Origin: the human T2T-CHM13v2.0 reference genome, Homo sapiens
Length of the DNA: 64,000 bases
NCBI RefSeq assembly: GCF_009914755.1
Contig: NC_060947.1
Reading direction: 5' to 3' (one strand)
Position 1 is the first letter of the stretch. The number at the start of each line of letters is the position of its first letter. Below the pieces are notes generated by a model. That model ran no database searches and was not told the DNA's origin. It saw only the letters and a list, made by a program, of their open reading frames with translations. Positions 15,152 to 29,883 of this stretch are shown one piece after another. The position numbers and the translations under genes were made by a program.

Positions 15152-15456
15152 TTCAGCACTGTATATCCACAGGTTCCACATCCATGGATTCAACTAAGCA
15201 TGGATCAAAAATATTAAAAACAATATAACAATAAAAATAACCCAAACAAAAATAGAATATAACAACTATTTACATTGTATTAGGTATTATAAATACTCTA
15301 GAGATAATTTAGAGTATGTGAAACGATGCGTGTAGGTCATATTTCAAATACTACACCATTTTATATCAAGGTCTTGAGCATTCAAAGATTTTATTATCTT
15401 AATGTAGGGGAGAGGGTCCTGAAACCAATCCCCTGTGGATACTGAGGGCTGACTAT
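15152..15456. mobile_element. MER2-like Tigger/TcMar DNA transposon
   Basis: tatccacaggttccacatccatggattcaactaagcatggatcaaaaata...ccctgtggatactgagggctgact. Confidence 0.75.
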
Positions 15457-15949
15457 AAACCTGAATTCAGTAAGACCTCCTAAGTTTCTGATCTAGGAGG
15501 TACTGAGGGGAGATGAAGAGTAAAAAGAAAGAAAGAAAAACATGAGTCTCTGACCTTGACTAAAGTGCAAATCAATAAGGTAGGAAAACCAAGATGCCAT
15601 TTGACACCTACTTAAGCTCAGAGCATGACTAGGATTTGGTTGGGATATGCATGGAAGGTGGGAAAAATGGTATGAGGATGAAGACAGGAAAGAGCTGGCT
15701 GAGCAAAGGCCCACAGCATAACTGCTTTCTGACAAGGTTGGATAAGGTGAGACAGGGAGGGAAGTCAGCCTGTCTAGAGCAGGAAGTTTCTCTTGGAGAG
15801 TGGTAGACAGACACTTCGATAGGGTAGGGCTGATTTGAAAGGGTGTGGGTGGTAGACTTTGTGATTTTGACTATTCAGCATGGAATCACGAGTTCTGGAG
15901 TACAGTTGTAGCAGAGAAATTATTTTGTTATTCCTGTTTGTTAGATGCT

Positions 15950-17270
15950 AGCTAACCCAATTAAAAAATGAGCAATAACTGAACAAACATTTCTGAAAAA
16001 CACACACAAATGACCAACAGATATATGAAATAATGTCACCATAACTAATTACCAGAGAAATCCAAATTAAAACCAAAATGAGACATCACCTTACACCTAT
16101 TAAAATGGCTATTACCAAAATGATAAAAGATTGTGTTGGCCATAGTATATAATTTTAATGTAGCAAACCCCCACAGTGTGAACATGCCTCCCTATTCAGC
16201 TTCCTCTCTGATGACTGTCTGCCATCATGCTATACTTCACCAACCCTTAACTGCTTACAGTTTTGAGTACACACTCTATTCCTCACCTTTGTACCTCTGC
16301 TACCACAGTCCTCTTCATCTGGCTGAACTCTATCTGGTTCTTTAGACTCAGCTTAATCAATATCCAGGAGCCTACGCTTACCCTAAAATGACTTTTAAGA
16401 AATGCACATAAAAAACTTGTAAAGCACTGATACATAGAAAAAAAATTACCATAAACTCTTAACCCTAATGTGAGCATTATAACTGTTTGATTATTTTCCT
16501 TCCAGCCTTTTAAGGCCTATTTTATTTAAACAATAGAGATTTTATTGTACAAAATTTTGCATTCTGTTTTTTATTTGATTTGACATTATCCTTTGAGCAT
16601 TATCCCATCATTAAAAAAATATTTAAATGGCCTTATAATATATTCCACCATGTTGGCTTACTTCAATACATCTAATTATTCTTCTATTAAAAAAAAACAG
16701 ATTGTGTTGGCAAGGTTGTGGAGGAAAGGGAACTCTTGCACACTATTGGTGGGAATGGATATTTGTATACACACACACAATGGAATACTATTCAGCCTTT
16801 AAAAAGTAGAAAATCTTGTTATTTGCTTCAACATGGATGAACCTGGAGGATATTATGTTAAGTGAAATAAGCCAAGAACAGAAAGACAAATACCGCATGA
16901 TCTTACTTATATGTGGGATCTAAAAATGTTGAACTTACAGAAGCAGAGACTAGAATGGTGGTTACAGGGGTGGAAAGTGAGGAATGGGATAATATTGGTT
17001 AAAGGGTACAAAGTTTCAGTCGAACAGTAGGAATAATTTCAGGATATCTATTGCACAGCATAGGAGCTATAGTTAATATATACCTGAAAATTGTGAAGAA
17101 AGGCGATCTTAAATGTTATCACTACAAAAAAATAATTCATGTGAGGTGAAGGTTATGTTAATTAGCTTGATTTAATCATTTTACAATGTATACACATAGA
17201 AACATCATGTCATATATCATATATATATACAATTTTATTTGTTAATTAGAACTTAATAAAGACAAAAAAA
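15950..17270 (+). mobile_element. Fragmented old L1 3' end (L1MA/MB type), interrupted at about 16150-16690
   Basis: atgagacatcaccttacacctattaaaatggct...; acatggatgaacctggaggatattatgttaagtgaaataagcca. Confidence 0.75.
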
Positions 17271-18461
17271 GAATATTGAAATAATCCAAGCAAGACATGA
17301 GAAGCACTTAGATAGTCTTCAGTGTCTTTAAGAATAGAAAGGAAGGGAACAGATTTGAGTAACTTCAGAAATGGCAAGGCTTAATGTTTTATGGAAAGGG
17401 TAGGAGGTGGTCAGTGAGAAGAGAAAGTCAAGATTCAGGGATGACTCCACACTTTTTGGCTTGGATGACTGTGGACATGAGAGGTGGGGCAGATTTGGTA
17501 GGGGAGAGAAGCTCACTGCTGAGCATCCTGGATTTGAAGGGACAGTAGAAACCCTGTTACAGGGTTTGGTGGGCAGTGCTACTACCCTGTCTCCCACAGG
17601 CACATTAGCATTAACATCAGTGCATCTGATTGTCTTGGCTAGTGTCTAATTCCCAAGGAGACTCATCAGGCCTCAGGAAATCAGAAGTTGAGGAGCTGGT
17701 TGTAATGCCTCACCATGGCTTCACTTTCAGAATGCATTGGAGGCTCATTCATGGGATAAAGATGAAAAGAGTGATCTTGACAAAGCATTGCACAGATTCT
17801 ATAATGAGAGGGAAATGAAAATGGTTGTCAGCCCATTATTAAGTGTAATAACTAGGTTGCAATGAGATGAAGGACTTCATTTAGGCAGATCTTTCCCATT
17901 GATGAATAGTAGGGGGTAAAAGTGTGAAAGGGAAGCATATAATCCAATTCATAAAATATGTAAACTGAACAGAAATTTCTGGAAAGGTATTTTTAAAAAC
18001 TTGAGGCAATAATCATTCATTGTATATATAGAGCTGGAGTGGGAAATCTTTCTATTGATGGACAATGATGCACAGATGAAATTTTAAAAATCAGTATTTT
18101 TTTCCACTGACAGAACTTTATTTTAAAAAAAATGACAAAAGCTCTGTCTGTACTTCTAGGCTAGGAGAAAAGAGGCACAGGTGTAGCAACAGGGGCACAG
18201 GCCACTCACATTTTAGAGAGTTTGACTTGCTTGTGCCTGTGGAGTGCCCATTTGAGGCAGACGGAGTCCACTGTGCTGGGTATAAACAGGAAGAAACTTT
18301 TCTTAGATGGGGGCATATCTGAGACAGAAATAGAAGGCATTCAACTCCCACATTAAAATATTAGGAAAAAGAGCACAACATTGTATTCAATAAGTAAAAT
18401 ATACACAAATGTTAAAATAAACACAACTATATTTCTGTTTTTTTAAGAGGAATTGACTGAA

Positions 18462-18777
18462 TTTTATTTATTTATTTATTTTTGAGACAGAGTCTTGCTC
18501 TGTTGCCCAGGCTGGAGTGCAGTGGCACGACCTCTGCTGGTGTGCAGTGGTGCGATCTCTGCTCACTGCAACCTCTGCCTCCCGGTCCCAAGCGACTCGT
18601 GCCTCACCCTCCAGAGTAGCTGGGATTACAGGCATGCCCCGCTAATTTTTGTATTCTTAGTAGAGATGGAGTTTCACTGTGTTGGCCAGACTCGTCTCGT
18701 ACTCCTGGCCTCAAGTGACCTGCCTGTCTCTGCCTCCCAAATTGCTGAGATCACAGGTGTGAGCCACCGCACAGGCT
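18462..18777 (-). mobile_element. Alu
   Basis: Reverse Alu consensus with (TTTA)n tail and a small internal duplication. Confidence 0.93.
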
Positions 18778-19169
18778 CACACACAACTATATTCTTAAAT
18801 ATAATGGTAGGATGGGATAATCATTCCTAGATACTTAATTTTAAATAAATTGTTATGGGTCAGATAAAGTTTTCCAAGGTCTAGATCTGACCTTTGGAGG
18901 TTACGTCAAGAACATGAATTATTAATAATTAATTACTCTGTAAACACTGTGTATAATTCATAGATAAATAATTAGCATACATTACCTTACGGCTATTCTT
19001 CCCACAATGGTTATTATTTGGGAATATGATGTCCCTCACCTGGAAATGTCTACTCCTGGAGAGGCATGAACTCTGTGGAATACATATGACAATTTGGATA
19101 GTACCAAGCAAATTTTAATCTTTTACTAGCTCATGGGCTGGGATGAAGAAGAGTATAGGAGGCAGGATA

Positions 19170-19400
19170 TAGAACACATAATGACTAAGATTATAAGTTC
19201 TGTGTCTAACTTATTTGGGTTAGAGTCTGAATTCTGCCACTACAACTTGAGTGACCTTGAGCAAGTCACTTAAACTCTCTGAGCTTTCTTTTTTTCTTAT
19301 CAGTAAAGTGGAAATAACAAGAGTCCCTCCCTCCCAAAGTTGACATGAGAATGAAAGGAGAAAAATTTGTGCAAAACACCTAGCACAGTTCTTGGATGTT
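19170..19400. mobile_element. MIR
   Basis: gtgaccttgagcaagtcacttaaactctctgagc core. Confidence 0.7.
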
Positions 19401-19674
19401 CTATTCTAAGGGCTCAATGAAACTCATAGCTGCTGCTGCTGTTACACTTTTCTGTGCTGGGTCATTCACTGGGTGGGGGGATGGGGGTGTAGCCTGGTTC
19501 CCCAGTTTGAGCAAGATCGCAGCTGTATTCTCAACTTTTGGCTTCTGTCACCTACAATGGTGCATCCCCATAGGTGTGCTGTGATTCTTCTCAAGCAACC
19601 AGCAGTTGGTCAATGATAAATCCTTAGTTTTAAAGCTTATGTGGGGAAAACATGTAAAACAAAAACTTGGACAG

Positions 19675-19690
19675 CTCGCCCTCTAGTGGT
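19675..19690 (-). promoter_or_regulatory. Candidate CTCF motif
   Basis: Reverse complement ACCACTAGAGGGCGAG matches the CTCF core CCACYAGRGGGC. Confidence 0.55.
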
Positions 19691-20456
19691 AATTTTATGA
19701 ATTGCCCCCCAACAATTGCCCTTTTAGCTCACAGGAAAACTGATAGTAAAAATGAATGGGATTAAGTTTACATAGTTGAAACACCTGGTTTAACAAATGA
19801 ATTTGTTAATCACAAACACATAATAAGCTAGTATAGGGTACACATGCTTGCATATTTTCTCAAGTGCTGATTAGCCATTATACCTAACAAGGGATTTCCA
19901 ATTTGGGGAAAAAAAAATCCAGAATCAGCAATTCTATACATAGTTATATATCCTGTCCCCCAATAAATAATTGTACATAGTCATTAGAGTCTAGTTTTAT
20001 TGCACTCAATGTTCTTTTTTTCTAAAATAATGTTATAATTGTTGATAATAACAACTTATCCTCTTACAGGTATGTATAAACTTTTCACAGGGTTTTGTTT
20101 TTACAACAGATAGATGCGGCAGGATTTGCCTTCCTGGTTGTACTGAAGAGGAAGTAGGAGGCTTATCTATAAAGAGGCCAAATGAGTTTGCTTGGGACAC
20201 CCAGGGCACTTTGCAGGGGACTGCACTAATTTTTACTCCTAGGAATCTCCTCCTGGCAAAATAAATTGCATAGATGCTGGCATGTTCCTTTCTAGTCTTT
20301 AGATGCTCCTTCTTTGGAATCTTTATGTCAAACTCCCTAAACATACATTGGTTGTACAGATCAGAATGAAAATGATTAAAATAGAGATACGAGTTTTATA
20401 CAAGTGGCTTTCTTCACTCCATTATAATTGTTTTGGAGAACTCAGATATTAAAGCA

Positions 20457-20762
20457 TTTTGTTTGTTTGTTTGTTTGTTTTGAGACGGAGTCTCACTGTG
20501 ATGCCCAGGCTGGAGTGCAATGGCACGATCTCAGCTTGCTGCAACCTCCGCCTCCCAGGTTCAAGTGATTCTCTGTCTTGGCCTCCCAAGTAGCTGGGAC
20601 TACAGGCATGCGCCAACATGCCTGGCTAATTTTTGTATTTTTAGTAGAGACAGGATTTCACCATATTGGCCAGGCTGGTCTTGAACTCATGACCTCAGGT
20701 GATCTGCCCACCTCAGCCTCCCAGAATGCTGGGATTACAGCTGTGAGCCACTGCACCCGGCC
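20457..20762 (-). mobile_element. Alu (AluS-like)
   Basis: Reverse Alu with (TTTG)n tail; TSD gatattaaagcatt. Confidence 0.95.
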
Positions 20763-23700
20763 GATATTAAAGCATTGGTACCCACAAGACTAAACCAAGA
20801 GTAATAACTTTTTGAGCCTTATAGAAATCTAAGTCAAGGGAGTAGTGATGAGAATCTTAAAAACCTGCAATTGTTCTTTTAAATACTGAAATTGCTATTC
20901 ATAAGACTTGAGTGAACAGAGAAAGGATAATATAGGAATAGGAGGTGTTTTCAAATCCAGGGACAAGAATATTTATAATCATACTCACTGATTGTGAAAC
21001 AAAGGGCAGACATACATTCACTTATACTTTCAGTGGGTTCGTTCCGTAGCAAGCTTCAGTCCAACTGCAGAGTTTCACTATTCAGGGGAAGTAGTGAAAT
21101 TCCCTTCCTTCAATGCCTCCATTCACATTTGTGGCTGGTCAGGGAGATACAGTTATCAAATCACCTGTGGGAGAAGCCAAGCTATCTAGTCAACAGTCTT
21201 CTCAGGAGCCCTGCAAGGAGCTTGCTTAAATAGGTACCACTGGAATTGTGAACAGTATAGGGCTGGATACCTCCTGTGGATTGCAGGCTTGTGCAGATGA
21301 GATCAAGCGCACCAGTTGGCTCCCTCTATGGGCTACTCAGTTCCACTGCGGCCCCAATTGATCAGTAGCCTGCACCTTTGTCAGCTGCATCACAGATGTA
21401 TTCATTCAGTATTTGCCAAATATGTATGGAGAGTCTACATGCAAGGGGCTCTGGAAGTATGGCATGTGATTGCAAACTCCTGATGACAGAAATCTGACTT
21501 GCATGCATTACTTTTAATGGCACTTGGCAAATTCAGTTATATGTGACCTTTCATCTCTTCTTGCCCTTTTGTGACTTTCTGACACCTCTAAGCTCTTCCC
21601 TCTTAACGTCAGTGTTCAATCCCTCCATGTTGACTGATCACCTGACTTTTCAGGCCTCTTACCTCAGCCTATACTTCTTAGTTGCTTCCCTAGTCCCAAA
21701 TCTAAAAATAAATGTGCTACATCCTTTTCTACCTCCTTTTGTCCCACTCTTGGTTTATTAAGAATAGCAATCCAATAAAAATTAATCATACCAACTTGTT
21801 GGAATCTAGTAGGGGTCTAATACTCTAATTTAGGTTTAAGGCTACAATGCCTTAGCTCATGGAAATTGATTTCTACTGATGAGAGTGTAGTGTGGGAAAA
21901 TATTTGGTGGCACGTAGGCATTCATAGATCCGTGTTATCATACCTCTGGTCCATTTTAATGGGAAAATTCCCTGAGATCTCTTGAAATATCTTATGTTGT
22001 AACCTTACACTGCAAATACTAAGGGAAAAGAATAAATGGGGATAACGTTTAGAAATTATTTTCTCCATTATTGTATTGCTGTTCTCTGGCTATTGACTAC
22101 CTTATAACTAAATACTCTGATACCTAAGGCAAGGGAACAGAAGAAAAGAGACCATAAATCTATTAAGTCAAATACATATTGCTCACATGGCCCTTAAAGG
22201 GAAATGAATTATCAGTGTACGCTCCAGGTCTGCATGATAAAACTAATTGTAATGGCAATTAAATGTCTTACACTGCCATTGAGCATGCTCGCTGTGACTC
22301 TGGAGCAGATACATTGATTACCTTCAGTACTTACCATGTCCCATCACAAATAGGCCAAAGCAGACTGTTAACATTGTAAAAGTGTAGAATTATGCAATAG
22401 ATCACTTAGAAGACTTAGAAGAGATAACTAAAGAGATTTGGGAAGCAAATTGAAATAGCATTTCAATTTTTTTTTCTATCAAGTAGGTAATGATAGAGTT
22501 TGATGCTATTTTGCAAAGCCAAATTTGTTAATTCAAAAATATTTGCTGTGCATTTTAGGATTAGGGGAAAACAAAAACTGAAATAATAGTTTAAAAAAAT
22601 ATTCCCGTGGGGTTTATTTTGTTTCTATTAACCAACTTTTGAAAAACAAGCTGTGAGAAAATATTTATTTTCTAACATACTTATATCATTACCTCTCAGT
22701 TGTTTTAATGCATGCAAACAGTATCACAGATAATTTATAAAAAGAATAATATAAAATCCATTTAAAGATGATAAAACAATAAATATTAAAGTTGTATTTG
22801 ATCCAGAGGTGTATCACTAGTAATTTATAATGATCCAGAAAGTTCAGCAAATTCAAGTTTCCTTCTTTTCCTTCTTGAAAGTTTTGCAGTGACAAATGAC
22901 AAGTAAATGATCCAATAGCAAGGAGTGAATTTAAAAGACTCCTGAGAGACAACCAGTGATCAGTACATATTTAGTCTAAACCACTGTACCTTCTTAGCTT
23001 TAACAGTGTACAGTGATCATCAGAATCCATAGTGATGAATCTCATACCTCTGAATCCTCGAAGAAAGTTTAGATGCCCTTCACTATCAATTTAAAGGGAG
23101 TTATTTATTTGTTTGTTTGTTTATTTCTAATGAATACTTCACATACTATAAGAGGAGTTGAGGCAGTGTGTAATAACAGCCCACGTGCAGCAGGCCAGTG
23201 AAAGCCAAAGTCAGAGAGAGAGATCAGAAACCAGAGTTCAAAATCTTTCTTGGGCCATAAAACCCTTTGAAAATCTGAAAAAAAAGGGCTATGGAAAATT
23301 TCCCCAGAAAAGTATACCTGTGCAAATAGGCACATTGTTTTGCCAACTACCTTGAAGCCCATGCAAGCATCTTCCCCCTGGGTGTCCTTGAACCCTAGTT
23401 CAATAATCCCTCATATAGAGAAAGTGAAATCCTGAGGTAAGATAGTTATTACACTTAAACATTGCATTTAGCTCTGAGCTTCCTGTCAACTGAAGTTAAA
23501 AGATTAAACACGCTGGGTTAGAGTTCTCAACATCTAAAAAAGGAAGCAGATCAGTTCACAAAATCATAAGTGAAACATATAATTTTAAAATGGCAATGTT
23601 TATACATTTCTCTGAGATGATTGTTTTTTAAAGGGTAATCAAGAAAAGTGAAAGGATACAGCGTATTTTGATGACATTTTTTGAAAATAAGCAAATTAGA

Positions 23701-24084
23701 AATAAAATAGCTATGCTAATTATATTGACCAGCATATGCGATTGGCCACAGCATTTCATTTTTAACCGTTCTGGAAAATAAGGAATTTACTGTACATGTC
23801 TTTCTTTAATGGTAGATTTGCCTACCTAATATTATTTGATTACAGCTGACAGTAATATAATATATTCCCATGAGCACTCGGCAGCTAAGCAGAAAGGGAG
23901 GCCTAAGGGTATAAAGAGAAATTGACCTATGATTAAATATATGCTATTAATAGGTCATACCATAGAAAACTGGCATGTATATAACAGCAAATAATCACTT
24001 TAGGTGCCTACTACTTCCAACCAGAGCATTTACTTTCTCAAAGGCAAATAATAGCACAATTGTTATTGTCACAATTATAGGCAT

Positions 24085-24220
24085 AGGCAGTATAGGGTAG
24101 AGGTTAAGAACACAATCTGGAATCAGAGACTGGTCTTCCACCACTTATTAGCTGTGCGACCTTGGGCAAAGTCATTTAACTTCTTTTGTCTCAGTGTCTT
24201 CATTTGTAAAATAAGAAGAA
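24085..24220. mobile_element. MIR fragment
   Basis: ccacttattagctgtgcgaccttgggcaaagtcatttaacttc. Confidence 0.7.
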
Positions 24221-24727
24221 AAGCCTTCATCTCAGGACCGCTTCTAGGCTGTGTAGAGGTCTCTTGGAAATATTTGTTTTGTGGGGCTCCTGTCTATATA
24301 AACAATTCGAGTCACCTAAAACCAGTATGTCAGCAGCATCATTCTAGTAGTCCAATTTCATAGGCTAATGTGATGGATAGCAGAAGCAAACAATTTGCCT
24401 GGCTACTCTGCTGGAATTAGGACCTGGCCATGGTGCCACAGGACAACCCTATAGGCATGAGTTCTGGAGCTCCTTGAAGAATCTGGTCCACCCCAAGCAG
24501 AAGGTGGCTGTAGAATATTGGAAGATACCCCAAAGGCACAAGACTGGAGCAGGGGCTGTGCTTACTAAGGTCTAAGCAAGATACAAGTCTATCTCATAGG
24601 ATTACTGGGAAGATTGAATGAAGTAATCTATGTGGAGCACTTAGGACATGTTGGTGATGATTACTGCTCACACTATTAGTGTCAACAATGCTCACTGTAT
24701 CTTATACCTCTTCTGATTTTCTTTCAG

Positions 24728-25001
24728 TGGATGGCTGCATTGACTGGTCAGTGGATCTCAAGACATACATGGCTTTGGCAGGTGAACCAGTCCGAGTGAA
24801 ATGTGCCCTTTTCTACAGTTATATTCGTACCAACTATAGCACGGCCCAGAGCACTGGGCTCAGGCTTATGTGGTACAAAAACAAAGGTGATTTGGAAGAG
24901 CCCATCATCTTTTCAGAGGTCAGGATGAGCAAAGAGGAAGATTCAATATGGTTTCACTCAGCTGAGGCACAAGACAGTGGATTCTACACTTGTGTTTTAA
25001 G
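24728..25001 (+). CDS. IL1RAPL2: IL1RAPL2 internal coding exon (probably exon 3), first Ig-like domain
   Basis: Acceptor tttctttcag|TG and donor AAG|gtgagt; 274 nt, phase 1 to 2. Translates (V)[28 protein letters not shown]...WYKNKG...DSGFYTCVL(R), recognised as IL1RAPL2. Confidence 0.96.
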
Positions 25002-25252
25002 GTGAGTGTTGTGTGAAAACATTGCCCAATCACATGGCTGATAGTCTTTTGAGTGGGACTTGAGTACATGTAGGTATGCCTCATGTTGTATAATGGATAT
25101 GTTCTTGAAAGGTTGCAGTACATGTGGAGCTTCAGTAAATTCCAGTTCTAATTATCTATCAGAACTACATAGCAAATTCCTATTAGATTTTCATAAAATA
25201 GGATTCCCATTTACTGTGTGTGCTTATTTAATTTAGAAAATTTTGTGACTCG

Positions 25253-25611
<359 letters not shown>

Positions 25612-27010
25612 TTAACAATTAGTTTTGCATACAGCTAGTTGACTCAATTATCTTGATATCTGGCCACGAAAATGATCTAAAATATCATTTTGGCCATGGT
25701 CTTGCCTTTCTTGTTGATGAAAAATAGTTTCAAATGCGTCTAGATTTCTCAGCAAATGTACTACTGCTGAAATCCTTCATAGAATTTGCAATGCAAATTT
25801 GAGTCCACTGTGTCTAAATAATCAACATCGAGCTCTGTAAATACACAGTCATCCTGAGTTTCTGGGTACTATAGTGGAAAGATATCACAGACATAATTCT
25901 TGCTTGCAAGAAGTTTACAGTAAAAAGCAATATGTTTTTTCCCTTAGGGATTCTACAGTATGTTCTCCCTTCCCCCTCTACCCCAGTGATAGAATCTAGG
26001 ATCTAGCATCTAGCATCTCAAATAGAGACTGGATTAGGTATTGAAGTAGGTAGCTGAGACGACCTTTAGGCCACCTTTCAATTCTGCAATTTTGGGAGTC
26101 TTTGGTCTTGCTCACCAGGGACCTGCACTCTACTATTTGATTTTAACTCCTTGGAAATGCAGACCTTTCCTATTTTTGTGTCCTGTGAACTTTGATGCCA
26201 AAGCTATGTCACTTCCTCATCAAAAGCACTTGGAAGCCCCTGGCGAGGTCTCATTGTTCAAAAGCCCAGGAGAACAAGGTGGTATATAAATAGAGAGCCT
26301 TCTGGATGCTCTAAGAATCACTTTTATGTGTAGGGGAAGAAAATGGAGTGATGGGGGAGCAAATGGTGAGTTTAGTCTCTGTTTGTGGTAGGCAAGATCT
26401 TCAGGATCTTGGGAGAACAGCAGTCATTCTGATCACACCCTTAGTGTTAAGCGGTATTTTCTCCTACTTGGGCAGCTCTTGGCAAAATTGAGAAGCAGAT
26501 GTAATTCAGCTTTAGTGACTGACACTATATTCCCTAGGGTGCTGCTACTCTTTCCTTGCTTATCTCCTCTCCATCCCACACTGTCATTAAAAACCCACCA
26601 ATCAAAATTATCTCTCTTCTCCTCCCCCTGCACCATTTGCTTTTTGTTTGTTGTTTTCACAAATTTAAAGTTTTATTTGCAAAGCATCAGTCCACTATGT
26701 ACAAGTGCTAAGCTTACAATGAATTATTAAACAAATTATTGCTACTTCCCCAGGCCTGCTAATGTCTTCAGTCTTGTTACCTCCCCTCTTTTCCATTCTC
26801 CGCTCTAACCCCATTCCTTTACTCCTAGCAATAATAACAACTTAGTGATCCCTACATGCATTTCCCCTACTGTTTTAATTATACAAACATACTGACATGG
26901 CTATTTTCTCCTCATTGTTTTATAAAATGAAAGGAGGGTTATAGATTTCTCTGCATTTTCTTAGCTTAGTAAAAATACATGGTATAAATCTCTCCAAGTC
27001 AACTGATAGC

Positions 27011-27545
27011 TTTTTTTTTTTACTTTTATTTTAGGCTCAAGGGTATATGTGCAGGTTTGTTATACAGGTAAACTGCATGTCATGGGGGTTTGGTGTAAAG
27101 ATTATTTTGTCACCCAGGTAATAAGCATAGTACCTGATAGGTAGTTTTTTGATTCTCTCCCTCCTCCCACTCTCCACCCTCAAGGAGGCCACAGTTTCTG
27201 TTGTTTCCTTCTTTGTACCTATGTGTTCTCATTGTTTAGCTCCCACTTGTAAGTGAGAATATGCAATATTTGGTTTTCTGTTCCTTATTTTACTAAGGAT
27301 AATGGCCATCCACATTGGTACAAAGGACATTCTTATTTACAGCTGCATAGTATTCCATGGTGTATATATATGTACCACATTTTCTTTATCCAGTCTACCG
27401 TTGATGGGCATTTAGGTTAATTCCATGTTTTTGCTATTGTGAATAGCACTACGATAAATACATATGTGCATGTGTCTTTATGGTATAATGATTTACATTC
27501 CTTTGGGTATATACCCAATAATGAGATTGCTGGGTTGAATGGTTA
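27011..27545 (-). mobile_element. 5'-truncated L1 (old L1PA/L1PB 3' end)
   Basis: Poly-T then gtatatgtgcaggtttgttatacaggtaaact...gggtatatacccaataatgagattgctggg. Confidence 0.85.
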
Positions 27546-27689
27546 AATATATAATATTGTATGTTGCTTAATATTTTATGATAACACAAGTCAGTCAATC
27601 ATTTCCCTATTGATGAGTATACACTTTGTTTCCAGTATTTTGTCCCTACAAAAGGCGCTGTAATAAAAATCCACTATTTGCTTTTCAAT

Positions 27690-28772
27690 AAACTTTAAGA
27701 AGTCTTCGATTTACGTAGTTATTGCAAAGATAATATAGAGTTCCTGTACACTTTATATCCAGCTTTCCCATTTTATTAACATCTTACATGACTATAGTAC
27801 ATTTGTTACAATTAATGAACCAATAGTGGTACATTATTATTAGCTAAAGTCCATATATTCTTCACATTTCTTCAGTTTTTCCTTAATGCCTCTTTTCTGT
27901 TTCAGTATCCATCTCTGGTAGCGCATTGTATTTGGTTGTCATGTCTCCTTAAGCACTTCTTGGCTGCATCAGTTCCTCAGACTTTCCTCATTTTTGATGA
28001 CCTTGACAGTTTGAGGTGTACTGGTCAGATAGTTTGTAGAATGGTCCTCAACTGAGATTTATCTGATATTTTTCTCATGGTTAGACTGGGGTAATATGTT
28101 TTGAGGAGGAAGATTACAAAGGTAGAATACCATCCTCATCACATTGTATCAAGGGTATAAAGTATCAATATGACTCATAACTGTTGATGTTGACTTTGAT
28201 CACCTGGCTTGAGGTGATGTTTATAATTTTTCATTGTAAAGTTACTTTTTTTTTCTTCCTTTCCATACTGTAGTCTTTGGAAGAAAGTTGTTATTCACAG
28301 TCCACACTTAAGAAGAAATATCTACATAAATTATTTCAAATTCTTCTGCATGGAAATTTGTCTCTCCCTTTCCCCACTTACTTATGTGTTCCATCATTTA
28401 TTTGTATCAGTATGGACTCATTTTTATTTATATTATACACCGGCTTGTAATGCAATTCTACTTAATTTTCTTGCTCAGATTCTTCCACCTTTGCCCGTGG
28501 GAAGCTCTTTCAGTTGGCTCATTTGTCCCTTTGATATAATTCTATCATTGTGGAGTGGTGGTTGTATTTTTTTTTTTTTTTTAGCATTTCCTTACATTGT
28601 AGAAAGATGCTCCAGGTTTATCTTATATATTTTGTGCCCCAGTTCTAGAATTAGCCATTTTTCCAAGGAGTCCTGTTTTTTTAATGGATAATTGCATTAG
28701 AAACCTAGATTTGGTTGCTAGGTATGCTCATTGCTATTGGGGTGTTGTTGCTTCTAAGTCTTCTCAGCTAAC
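27690..28772 (-). mobile_element. Ancient L1M (L1MC-like) 3'UTR fragment
   Basis: acatttgttacaattaatgaaccaata...ttttgatgaccttgacagtttgagg...ttagccattttttccaaggag. Confidence 0.65.
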
Positions 28773-29883
28773 AGTCTATTTGCTTTTAAACAAAGCCATA
28801 GATTGTGAAGGAGTACTTTAGGGATAGTGGAACTTCCCAAGGTCCCTGAAGTCCTTTCCTATAGGTGGCTCTCTCTTTCAAGTACATTTCAGATTGGCCT
28901 TTTTTATGTCTATTTTGGATACCATATGAGTCAGAGGTTCTCAACTCACATCTAGACCAATAGAAGATAAAAGAATTCCACTAAGATTGGAACATAACTT
29001 GTGACTTTTTAACTTTTGTGCAGCAAGCCTTAGGGAGCTATTGGGACTGATAGAGATAGGTGGAACTGTTGAATATTACCTCTCATGTGTGCCTTAGTAA
29101 GGAAAAAATGTTTGGAAATCACTGTTCTAATAGAATCAACCAGGCTTTTATCAACTCAGAGATACATAAATCTATTCCAGGTATATAAGTGAAATAGCTA
29201 GCATATGTCTGTGAATAATGAACCTGTTTTTCATATCTAGTAGTGGCCACTGACTTCTACTATGTGCCAAGTGAGAAATTCCGTCCATATAGGTGATTTT
29301 ATGCAATTGCCAAGAGTGACATTTATTGTGAAAAGGGCTCTTAATTTGACAATGTCAGTATTCACCTAAAATCTCCAGTTAGATACCACTTTAAGGTAAT
29401 TACGAATGACTTTTCTATGTTTTATTGATCTCATTAAAAGTTACTCTACTGATGTCACTGTGATTAAAAATGAAGATATGAAATATTTAGTAATATTCTC
29501 CACCCATGTGAATGACAGCAAGAAAAATTTACTGTTTGTGACCTTTCAGTGGCCACTTGGCTAATGAATAATTTTTAAATTTTTCCTTGGCCAGACTCAA
29601 GAGTGATTAGTTGAATTTCCCAGCATAATAATGGGCTGGTAATATGAGAATGGTAGAGGATTAAATCATATTGTGAGAGACGGTGCCAATCGAAGAATCA
29701 CACCAATATTTTCAATGGAGGCATGAATTAATAGGATAAAAATGATAAAGGTAATCTTATTTGACAAAATCTCACATATCATTTTCTCAACAACTTGGAA
29801 CAAGGGGTGACTTAAGCTGTGAATGAAGATAGATATAGTCATATAATCCTGCATTGAATTCACAGATATTGAAAAGAATGATT

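Noticed and set aside
24679-24727. Apparent N-terminus [16 protein letters not shown] of the IL1RAPL2 ORF
   Set aside because: It is the intronic branch and polypyrimidine region before the acceptor at 24727.
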